64,000 nt of DNA, taken from an uncultured Thermodesulfobacteriota bacterium (GTDB taxonomy: Bacteria > Desulfobacterota > Anaeroferrophillalia > Anaeroferrophillales > Tharpellaceae). The notes under the pieces were generated by a model, which was not told the DNA's origin, made no database searches, and worked only from the letters and a program-made list of their open reading frames with translations. Numbering within the stretch: position 1 is the stretch's first letter; each line of letters opens with the position of its first letter. This document shows positions 56,220 through 64,000 of this stretch, in pieces. Made by a program: the position numbers and the translations under genes. The stretch is from NCBI GenBank assembly GCA_964457755.1, contig CAYWGC010000002.1:80621-144620 (forward strand). The letters run 5' to 3'.

Positions 56220-58798
56220 TGCCGGTTCGACCATTATTGCTATTTCCCGCTCCCGAACTTGCAGAAAAGGGTAATTTGCCCCAAGGTTTTAGACGGACTC
56301 ATAAACCTTCGCATGGCAGGCAAGGAGAGAGGGTGTCTCCCATCTTCGCTCAACTTCAGGCGGCATTCGATGCGCGGCAAGTCGAACTACAGAAAACGGC
56401 TGCCGGTGTAGAGCCAGAACAGGTTTTGGTGATTGAAACCATCGGTAACATCGAGGATTTTGCCAATGCTGTTCGTCGGATTGAAGGGCTTGAATGGATG
56501 GGGGAAATTGAAGTTGAGGAGATTACACCGGATGAGGATTTCTATGACGAGAAAAAACCGGAAAAAGAATTAAGTGGTCGTCTCTATCTGGTCATGACAA
56601 ATCAGCAGGCATTGCGAGAACTGCTTTCATTGTGGAATCGCTATAAAAATGATGAGAACATGACCTTTGATCGTGGCTTTGCCAAGTTTCGCGACGTGTT
56701 TCTCTGCCTTAATGATATTCGGCGTTGGGATGTGCAAGACCGCCTCGCTGAAACCGGTGTGTTGGATGTTTGGCGTGAGGATATGGAGCATTTTCCCGAT
56801 CAGCCGGTTCGAGGTGAAATCGAACTGTGGTTTCGCAATTCTGAAAGCAAGCGGCAAGACGCGGAGCTTCAGCTCACTTTATTGATTGAGGTGCTTGGTG
56901 GAAGAGTTTTGAGCCAATGTGTTCTTAGCGATATTGCCTATCACTCGATCTTGGCCGAATTGCCGAGGCAAGTTGCACAACAGGTGATGGATCACTCGAG
57001 TGTAGAGTTGGTCAAATGCGACAGCGTCATGTTCTTCAGGCCAGTAGGCCAAATGGCGACGGGCAAGTCACCGGTTGAAGGTGACCTGACGGATTTTGAA
57101 GTTTCTGAGGATCAAGAACGGCCATCCGGTGATCCGGTTGTTGCTATTTTTGACGGGCTTCCTTTGACCAATCACAGGTTGTTAGCAGATCGTTTAGTAA
57201 TCGATGATCCAGACGATTTCGCCTCGTATTACACTGTGGCCGATCGTGTGCATGGGACTGCAATGAGTTCGCTTGTCGTTCAAGGTGATTTAAGCAACGG
57301 GGAAAACCCGTTGGCTCGGCCTGTCTATGTTCGCCCGATCATGAAACCCATCGATTGGCATCGGTCTCCTCGTCCCGAGTATATCCCAGCAGATGTGCTT
57401 GTTGTTGATCTTATTCACCGCGCGGTTCGTCGCATGTACGAGGGTGATGGTGCGGGTGATGCGGCGGCGCCTGGCATTCGAATCATCAACCTGTCGATAG
57501 GCGACTCGAGCCGTCAATTTACGCAAGCCATGAGCCCCCTCGCACGACTCTTGGATTGGTTGAGTGTAAAATACAAGGTGCTCTTTGTCATCAGTGTGGG
57601 AAACTACCCTGATGACATTGACACCGGGATTTCGGTAGATGACTTTAATGATCTTGGCGATCAAGATCTCGAAGAGCTCAGTGTCAAGAAGCTATACGAG
57701 AACGCACGCCATCGGAGCCTACTCTCTCCCGCCGAGAGCATCAACGGCATCACGGTAGGTGCGCTGCACCGTGATGATTCTACTGTGAGCCATAGCGGAG
57801 ACACCATCAACCTGTTTGAAAATGCTCTTCCAAGTCCGGTGTCTGCATTTGGCAGCGGATACCGCCGCTCCGTAAAACCTGATTTAATCTGCCATGGTGG
57901 CCGAGTTTTTTACAATCGACCTATAGGCACGAATGCCAACGCCATTCTCAAATCCCGCCATCTTCGAATAGCGCCGGGCAACGAAGTTGCGTCACCGAGT
58001 AGCCATCCTGGCGACTTAAACAAGACTGCGTATTGTTGCGGAACCAGCAATTCGGCTGCGCTTATAAGTCGAGCGTTGTCTATTTGTCACGACTCGTTGT
58101 TGGATATATTCAATGAGCAAGCGCCTGACATTGAATTCACCACGTATATTGCCCCCTTGCTCAAGGCGATGATTGTACATGGATGTTCGTGGGATGATAT
58201 TGGGGAACGCCTTCAACAAATACTGCAAACTGCTGACAATGGTCGCCAAATCCGCAATTGGATAAGCAGATGGCTTGGGTATGGGGTTCCAGATTATTCG
58301 AGGGTTTTAGATTGTACGGAACAACGGACATCAATACTCGGGTTTGGGCAACTCAATGATGGAGAGGCCCATGTGTTTAGTCTGCCACTTCCGCCGTCAT
58401 TGGCCGCTCGACGTGACAGGCGTAGACTAACCGTGACATTGGCGTATTTGTCGCAAGTCGCCTCAAGCACCCAACGATATCGAATTGCCAACCTATGGTT
58501 CGAAATCGAAGGCGTTGCTTTGGCTTCCGGCAGACAAGATGCCGAGTGGCGTACAGTTAGACGTGGAACCGTTCAACATGAAGTATTTGAAGACGATAGA
58601 GCGGTCCCATTCAGCGACGGTGATACTTTGACAATTAAAGTCAACTGTCGAAAGGACGCACGTCGAATGGAAGAGCCGACTACTTATGGATTGGCAGTAT
58701 CACTCGAAGTAGCGGAGGGCATTGATATACCCATTTATAACGAGGTACGTACTCGAATAGCAACTGCTATTGAGATTCGAGCTAGAGAAGGGCTGTAG
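56219..58798 (+). CDS. Intracellular S8-family serine peptidase (subtilase) with an unrecognised ~300-aa N-terminal domain; second gene of the ATPase-peptidase operon
   Basis: Complete subtilase catalytic elements in order: Asp (…VVAIFDGLPLTNH…), His (…VHGTAMSSLVV…), oxyanion Asn (…IINLSIGDS…), Ser (…YCCGTSNSAALISRA…). No signal peptide; 859 aa. Confidence 0.85.
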   Translation: MPVRPLLLFPAPELAEKGNLPQGFRRTHKPSHGRQGERVSPIFAQLQAAFDARQVELQKTAAGVEPEQVLVIETIGNIEDFANAVRRIEGLEWMGEIEVEEITPDEDFYDEKKPEKELSGRLYLVMTNQQALRELLSLWNRYKNDENMTFDRGFAKFRDVFLCLNDIRRWDVQDRLAETGVLDVWREDMEHFPDQPVRGEIELWFRNSESKRQDAELQLTLLIEVLGGRVLSQCVLSDIAYHSILAELPRQVAQQVMDHSSVELVKCDSVMFFRPVGQMATGKSPVEGDLTDFEVSEDQERPSGDPVVAIFDGLPLTNHRLLADRLVIDDPDDFASYYTVADRVHGTAMSSLVVQGDLSNGENPLARPVYVRPIMKPIDWHRSPRPEYIPADVLVVDLIHRAVRRMYEGDGAGDAAAPGIRIINLSIGDSSRQFTQAMSPLARLLDWLSVKYKVLFVISVGNYPDDIDTGISVDDFNDLGDQDLEELSVKKLYENARHRSLLSPAESINGITVGALHRDDSTVSHSGDTINLFENALPSPVSAFGSGYRRSVKPDLICHGGRVFYNRPIGTNANAILKSRHLRIAPGNEVASPSSHPGDLNKTAYCCGTSNSAALISRALSICHDSLLDIFNEQAPDIEFTTYIAPLLKAMIVHGCSWDDIGERLQQILQTADNGRQIRNWISRWLGYGVPDYSRVLDCTEQRTSILGFGQLNDGEAHVFSLPLPPSLAARRDRRRLTVTLAYLSQVASSTQRYRIANLWFEIEGVALASGRQDAEWRTVRRGTVQHEVFEDDRAVPFSDGDTLTIKVNCRKDARRMEEPTTYGLAVSLEVAEGIDIPIYNEVRTRIATAIEIRAREGL

Positions 58799-59134
58799 AA
58801 ATGAACCATCTCAACGAAGCAAAAATATGACCATGGTGTGCTTTGAGAATTTCACTACATTGAATATGGATCGGACGTTGCTTTTGATGGCTCGAGCACA
58901 GAAAGTAATGCGGAAGCAGATTATATCGACATTGTTCTCATCGGATGCTCACCGAGAGCTCTGAACTTGTGCTCGAATAGGCGACGGTTGCTTTGTAAGG
59001 AATGTGCAGTAGAGTTAATGAAACCGCTCAACAAAGCGCTGTACTGATCGGTTGTTCCGCTACGCTCCATTGCCGTCAATGAGCCTGCTCGTTATTTACC
59101 CAACCAATGGCAAAGTTTACGCCGGATACAATAC

Positions 59135-59860
59135 ATGGGTGTTTGGGCAAATACTGGTTCTGCCCGAACTGGAACAGTGACGATAGGCGGTATTTTAAGT
59201 GATACATTTAAGGTGTCACAGGAAGCTGCACCTGGAACTTATAGCTATGAATATTTTTCACCATATTACTCTTCTTCAGAAGTTGACTGGACTGGTGTTG
59301 CCTTAAGTAATGCTAGTTATGATCATGAGGCTTCTATAGAGGTTGTAGTTCGTGGTATGAATGGAGACCTTTTAAGACAGATTTATAAAAATCTTCCAGC
59401 CAGTGGCAAAACAACTTTAGTAGTAGATGATTTAAGTTCCGGATGGTTGCATGTTAGATCAGATCAACCTTTGTCCGGCCTTGTCTTTCTAGGTCGTGGC
59501 CTGTATATGGCTGATATTCCTTTTGTTGACAATCTCGAACAAAATCTTGTTATCCCCCATATTGCTCAGGATGATGATTGGGATACGACTCTTATGATCT
59601 GTAACCCACAGACCAGCAGCGTTAATGTAAATGTAATAAATGTTAACGATCAAGGGCTAATAGTGGCTCTGAGAAACTTAACACTTGCGGCTAAAGGCAG
59701 CGGTTGTTTTCTGTTAAGTGATCTTTTTGGGTCTCAAGCTCTAACCGGTAAAATATATCTTCATGCAACTTCAGGAATATCTGCTTTTGCGCTTTATAAC
59801 AATGTGAAGAGCGGCGGCAGCTGGTTTGCCGGTATCAATGCTACACTATTAACTGATTAA
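59135..59860 (+). CDS. Repeat-domain protein fragment paralogous to the C-terminal repeats of the 52220..54340 protein; lacks a signal peptide (possibly 5'-truncated)
   Basis: …NLVIPHIAQDDDWDTTLMICNP… and …ISAFALYNN… align with …YPHVVDDLQWWTGIVAYNP… / …ISGFELFGSN… of the upstream paralogue. An in-frame stop lies at 59078. Confidence 0.45.
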   Translation: MGVWANTGSARTGTVTIGGILSDTFKVSQEAAPGTYSYEYFSPYYSSSEVDWTGVALSNASYDHEASIEVVVRGMNGDLLRQIYKNLPASGKTTLVVDDLSSGWLHVRSDQPLSGLVFLGRGLYMADIPFVDNLEQNLVIPHIAQDDDWDTTLMICNPQTSSVNVNVINVNDQGLIVALRNLTLAAKGSGCFLLSDLFGSQALTGKIYLHATSGISAFALYNNVKSGGSWFAGINATLLTD

Positions 59861-60113
59861 GTTAGAATTGCCGATGAATTGATTTTGAAGGTTATTTCTC
59901 CATTAAATTTTTTCAACGGCAGAATTCAATGGAGATTGACCTTCCCAGATTGAAATATTTTATGGTACTCTACAAAGAGTCCGGCAATATAGCCGGGCTC
60001 TTTGTCATTCAGATGCTTTTGGGAACAAAGTGAATAAAAGGTGATGCCCGATTAGCGTGAGCGAAAGCTTTCCTATGTGGTTAAAAAGGCATGGCGCCGG
60101 GCTGGAGTTGTAA

Positions 60114-61466
60114 ATGCAGAAAAAAAAATTACAACGTGTCAAGATCGAAACCCTAGGTTGTAAGGTGAATCATTATGAGAGTCAGGGGTTGGCTGCCGAG
60201 TTTCGTCGGCAGGGTTGGCAGGTTGTTAAAAAAGGGCCCTGTGAGGCGGTGGTTATTAATAGTTGTGCGGTTACCGCAGAAGCGGGACGGCAGAGTTTGC
60301 AAACCGCGAGAAGAGCCCTTAAACGTTATCCCGAGGCTCAGGTAGCTCTGGCGGGCTGTGCGGTGGTGGCTGAGCCTCAAAAGGCTGTAGAAGTTGAAAA
60401 ACTAGGGGCGGTTTTCGGCAATGCCGGGAAAAAAGATCTGGTCTCCAGATTAACCGGGCAACTCGAAGGAGAGGCCGTTGACTTAGCTGAGCAAATCGGC
60501 ATTTATGGTGAGCTTGCGGTTGATCTTTTGCGGGCCGATTTAGACCGAGGCCGGAGTCGGGCTGTAGTCAAGATTCAGGATGGTTGCAACTCTTTCTGTC
60601 GTTACTGTATTATTCCTTATCTGCGGGGTCGTTGTCGCAGTTTGCTGCCAGAAACAGTGTTGGCCGAATGTTGCGAATTGGTTGACGCAGGATTTCACGA
60701 GGTGGTTTTGACCGGCATTCATATCGGTCGTTATGGGGAAGATTTAGGGGGTGGTTTCAGCCTGACTTCGCTGCTTCTGCAGCTGGTTGCTGAATTTCCT
60801 GAACTGCGTCTGCGGCTTGGCTCCCTACAGCCGCATGAGATAACCCCGGAGATCATTTCACTATTGCTCGATCCGCAAGCTTCGGTCTGTGAACATCTGC
60901 ATCTCTCGTTGCAGTCGGCCAGTGACCGGGTTCTGGGGGCTATGGGACGCCCTTATCGGCGTCACGATATTGAAAATATCTTTACTTTGCTTGCCGCAGG
61001 TGCCGGACATTTGAATATCGGTACTGACCTGATTGTCGGGTTTCCGGCCGAAGATGAAAAGTCGTTTCAAGAAACTCTGGATCTGGTCAAAACGGTTGAA
61101 CTTGGTTATCTTCACGTCTTTCCCTATTCCCCTCGTCGGGGCACGGTGGCCGCCTCATGGCCGGATCGGATTCCGGCAAGCGAAAAAAAGGCGCGGGCCG
61201 CAGAGTTGGGGGCTTTGGGCCAAAGTAAGCGGGAGGCTTTTGCTGAAAAAAATCTGGGCTGTAATCTTAAAGTATTGCTCGAAAAAAAGGTCGAAGATAA
61301 ACGTTATGGGGAAGGTTGGTTTGGCCATAGTCGTAACTATCTGCCGGTACTGGTGACCAAACAAGCAGTTGATACTTGTTTGCAGATTGGATCACAGGTG
61401 ACGGTCCAGGCGCATACCTGGGATGGTCGTCGATTGATAGGCTCTTGGGAGAGATCCCGGTGTTAG
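60114..61466 (+). CDS. Radical-SAM methylthiotransferase of the MiaB/MtaB/RimO family (450 aa, MtaB-like)
   Basis: N-terminal MTTase domain Cys triad (…ETLGCKVNHYE…), radical-SAM CxxxCxxC (…CNSFCRYCIIP…), C-terminal TRAM-like region. Confidence 0.88.
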   Translation: MQKKKLQRVKIETLGCKVNHYESQGLAAEFRRQGWQVVKKGPCEAVVINSCAVTAEAGRQSLQTARRALKRYPEAQVALAGCAVVAEPQKAVEVEKLGAVFGNAGKKDLVSRLTGQLEGEAVDLAEQIGIYGELAVDLLRADLDRGRSRAVVKIQDGCNSFCRYCIIPYLRGRCRSLLPETVLAECCELVDAGFHEVVLTGIHIGRYGEDLGGGFSLTSLLLQLVAEFPELRLRLGSLQPHEITPEIISLLLDPQASVCEHLHLSLQSASDRVLGAMGRPYRRHDIENIFTLLAAGAGHLNIGTDLIVGFPAEDEKSFQETLDLVKTVELGYLHVFPYSPRRGTVAASWPDRIPASEKKARAAELGALGQSKREAFAEKNLGCNLKVLLEKKVEDKRYGEGWFGHSRNYLPVLVTKQAVDTCLQIGSQVTVQAHTWDGRRLIGSWERSRC

Positions 61467-61486
61467 TGGCTTGTTTCCGTGTGACT

Positions 61487-62533
61487 TCAGCGAGGAGAAG
61501 CAGGCTGGATTTTCTTTAAGTTATCAAGGCTCTCTTCGACCTCTGCCAAGTACTTTTGGAGCTTGCAGTTATCCGGTGCCAAGCGCAGAGCCCCTTTCCA
61601 CAAATCCCGGGCCTTGGAGAAGTTGCCAGCGGAGAAGAGCTTCAATCCTAAAAGTCGGGTAAACTTAACAATGTCTGTGGTCAAAGGTTCTCCGGGTGAA
61701 GACAGCTCCAAAACGTACATTGTATGGCAGGCCGCACTCTCCAGATCATTTTTCTGCTCGGCCTTTTTGGCCGCCAAAAGACCATTGCTGATAATATCCT
61801 GGCGTTGAGTTCGTATCGCCTGTAAATGTTCTGCACCATCTTTGCCAAAGAGTTTTGCCGCAGCTTCGTCTTGCAAAAGTTGCTTGATCTTTTCGGAAAG
61901 GCCGGAATCCATATGCATCAGCATTTTTGCAAAGTGTTTTTGCTCCATCTCCTCATGTAGTAAGATATGCATAGCATTTTGTATTCTTGCCGCTTCCAGT
62001 TTGAGATCATTGTTGTCAGGGGAGAGAACTATTGCATCCTGCACCAATGAAAGAGCCTCATCCAGATTTCCATTTGATTCCAGACTGCGAGCTTCCTCTT
62101 TTAAACCGCTTATTTGTGCATTGATGGAGCGCTCAACTTTTTTGAGTAAATTTCGGGCCCAATAGTATTTAGGGTAAATGTCGAGGGACTTCTGGAGAGT
62201 AGTCTGGGCCTCAAGAAGTTTTCCCTCTTTCTTGTATTTTAAGGCCTCAAATACATAGGCATCGGCCTGGTTAAGCTTAAATCGTGAAAGCTGGATTGTT
62301 TCCGAAACCTTTTCTGGACATTTTAAACCGCTCTTGATGAGTTTGTCGGCGAGATCAACGGCTTTTTTATGTTCGCCTGTTTGAGAAAATTTTAGAATTT
62401 CAGTGTATTGAGGATTATTCTCGGTTTCAGTTTCGGTTTTGGTTTCGGTTTTGGTTTTTGAATTTGGAACTGTATATTTTGCATCAAGTACTGTTTCAGG
62501 TTTGGTAAGAGCACATCCCGATGTCATACTCAA
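61487..62533 (-). CDS. TPR-repeat lipoprotein with an N-terminal (TE/TK)n low-complexity linker
   Basis: Lipobox (…MTSGC…), …TKTETKTETETEN… encoded by a hexanucleotide tandem repeat at 62421-62462, then multiple TPR-like helical repeats. Confidence 0.65.
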   Translation of the reverse strand: MSMTSGCALTKPETVLDAKYTVPNSKTKTETKTETETENNPQYTEILKFSQTGEHKKAVDLADKLIKSGLKCPEKVSETIQLSRFKLNQADAYVFEALKYKKEGKLLEAQTTLQKSLDIYPKYYWARNLLKKVERSINAQISGLKEEARSLESNGNLDEALSLVQDAIVLSPDNNDLKLEAARIQNAMHILLHEEMEQKHFAKMLMHMDSGLSEKIKQLLQDEAAAKLFGKDGAEHLQAIRTQRQDIISNGLLAAKKAEQKNDLESAACHTMYVLELSSPGEPLTTDIVKFTRLLGLKLFSAGNFSKARDLWKGALRLAPDNCKLQKYLAEVEESLDNLKKIQPASPR

Positions 62534-62559
62534 AAGAAAAAGCCCTATAATGGTTACTG

Positions 62560-63990
62560 CTATTGCATCTTTGATTGCTCTACCTCCCTTAAAATAGCAT
62601 CAATTTGTCCATCTTTTTCGAGTTTTAATAAAATATCTACAGGGCCAGGATCAAACTGTTTGCCGCACTCTTTTTTGATTCTTGAGAGTGCTTCCTCTCT
62701 TGACAACGCTTTTCGATATGGGCGGTTTGAAGTCATCGCATCAAAAGCATCAACCAAATTGATAATCCGTGCAGCTAGGGGGATCTCATCTTCTTTGAGC
62801 CCATCCGGATAGCCTGAGCCATCGTAATTTTCGTGATGGTGCCGGACAAACAGGGCAATCTCCTGATAATTTGAGAGTGGACTTAGAATCTTGGCACCCA
62901 TTTCAGGATGACACTGTATCTCCTTGAACTCTTTATCCGTCAGAGGGCCTGCTTTACATAAAATACCTACCTTTACCCCGATTTTTCCCACATCGTGAAG
63001 GATTGCCGCAAGTTCCAGCTCTTCGCACTGTTTTTTATCCATTTCGAGGTGGTTGCCGATCGCCACGGAAATTTGTGCAACCCGGTCACAATGACCTCGC
63101 GTGTAGGCGTCTTTCGCTTCTACGGCTTCAGCCAGGGCACTTACAGTCTCTTTGAAGTTTCGCTGATTTTGTTGACGGGCCGAGTGGAGTTGGTCGACCA
63201 TTTTGTTAAAGTGCCGTGTGAGTCTGCCGACTTCATCAAGACTATTATTTTCAACTCGGACAAGCAGATCTCCAGATCCTAAGGCCTGGACAGCCTCTTC
63301 CAATCTTTTGATGCGGTTAACGTGGATGCCGGCAAGCAGAAAAACCCCTAAAATCCCTAATCCTGCACCCAGAGCAAGAGGGAGAATCAGGCCTGTTGCG
63401 GTTTCTAGCATAGCTTGGTCAATGTGTTTGACTCCCAAGCCGACAACTGCAGTTCCGACCTGAATGCTTTCAACCTCAATCGGTTGAGAAGCCTGGATGA
63501 TATCCTTGTTCGGACTGGGGACTCCATCCGGTAACATACTTCCTGTTTTTGCTGGATCAGAATGGTAGAGGATACAACCGCGATGATCCATGAGGTAGGC
63601 ATATTGAACTTCGCTGTTTTGACTTACAGATTCTATCAGGGAACCAAGACGCAGTTCGTCCTGATTTAACAGTGGGTCTCTTGCGTTAATAACAATATTG
63701 TTTGCCAGTGATTGCGCCCTTTTCTGACTTTCAAGGGAGAGAAAAATCTTTTCGTAACGCATGAAGGCAAAGAAAAGTAAAGCTACAACAAGTAGGAGCA
63801 GGACGGAAAAAGAGAGAGCTACCTTCCACCGTAAAGAAAAGGTCAATGGGTTGCGGAAATCATTTTGGGGTTTTTGTGTTGCCGATTTTTTTTGAGACAA
63901 GGCAAAGTTTGCCTTGTTTTTCATGAGAACTTGGAGGTTGCTGCGGCACTGAATATTGGAACTGCTTTCTGGAGCTCCATTTTTCCACAT
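62560..63990 (-). CDS. Membrane-anchored sensor HD-GYP phosphohydrolase (periplasmic/extracytoplasmic sensor + HAMP-like linker + HD-GYP)
   Basis: Two TM segments flanking a ~150-aa sensor region, HD-GYP core (…HDVGKIGV…, …HHENYDGSGYPDGL…). Confidence 0.85.
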   Translation of the reverse strand: MWKNGAPESSSNIQCRSNLQVLMKNKANFALSQKKSATQKPQNDFRNPLTFSLRWKVALSFSVLLLLVVALLFFAFMRYEKIFLSLESQKRAQSLANNIVINARDPLLNQDELRLGSLIESVSQNSEVQYAYLMDHRGCILYHSDPAKTGSMLPDGVPSPNKDIIQASQPIEVESIQVGTAVVGLGVKHIDQAMLETATGLILPLALGAGLGILGVFLLAGIHVNRIKRLEEAVQALGSGDLLVRVENNSLDEVGRLTRHFNKMVDQLHSARQQNQRNFKETVSALAEAVEAKDAYTRGHCDRVAQISVAIGNHLEMDKKQCEELELAAILHDVGKIGVKVGILCKAGPLTDKEFKEIQCHPEMGAKILSPLSNYQEIALFVRHHHENYDGSGYPDGLKEDEIPLAARIINLVDAFDAMTSNRPYRKALSREEALSRIKKECGKQFDPGPVDILLKLEKDGQIDAILREVEQSKMQ

Positions 63991-64000
63991 ACATTTATCA

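Noticed and set aside
58770-58964. 64-aa ORF just downstream of the S8 peptidase gene
   Set aside because: It overlaps the peptidase stop, has no RBS, no recognisable family and an odd composition. It is more likely non-coding island-boundary DNA or a gene remnant than a third system component, though that cannot be excluded without homology searches.

Overview
This 64 kb window looks like chromosomal DNA from a sigma-54-using, probably anaerobic deltaproteobacterium-like organism (Desulfuromonadales/Geobacter-like gene content and synteny; the taxon is an inference only). Most of it is ordinary core genome: a complete mreBCD-mrdA(PBP2)-rodA cell-shape operon, radA, xseA/xseB/ispA, nth, a peptidoglycan-recycling trio (ampD-nagZ-DUF1343/NamZ-like), mltD-like and mtgA cell-wall genes, mnmA, an MtaB/MiaB-family radical-SAM enzyme, and two HD-GYP signalling proteins at the window edges. 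The catabolic content is a D/L-lactate module (LarA-type racemase plus an FAD-linked oxidase) and a 3-hydroxybutyrate/acetoacetate module (BdhA, TRAP DctPQM, two CoA ligases, a divergent sigma-54 activator). The accessory region of most interest is about 54.3-59.1 kb. It holds a RelE/ParE toxin-antitoxin pair, a 5' remnant of a type I restriction-modification hsdM gene, and a translationally coupled two-gene operon encoding a classical AAA ATPase followed by a large signal-peptide-less S8 subtilase with an unrecognised ~300-aa N-terminal domain. I read that pair as a candidate, possibly undescribed, anti-phage/abortive-infection system inserted between two paralogous repeat-domain genes. Other notable items are a low-GC islet with a Vat/CatB-type acetyltransferase bounded by a nested palindrome, a ~45-bp dispersed repeat family at two intergenic loci, two TTGAC-N4-GTCAA Crp/Fnr-type boxes (one upstream of larA), and strong intrinsic terminators. 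I recognised no rRNA, tRNA or CRISPR array.
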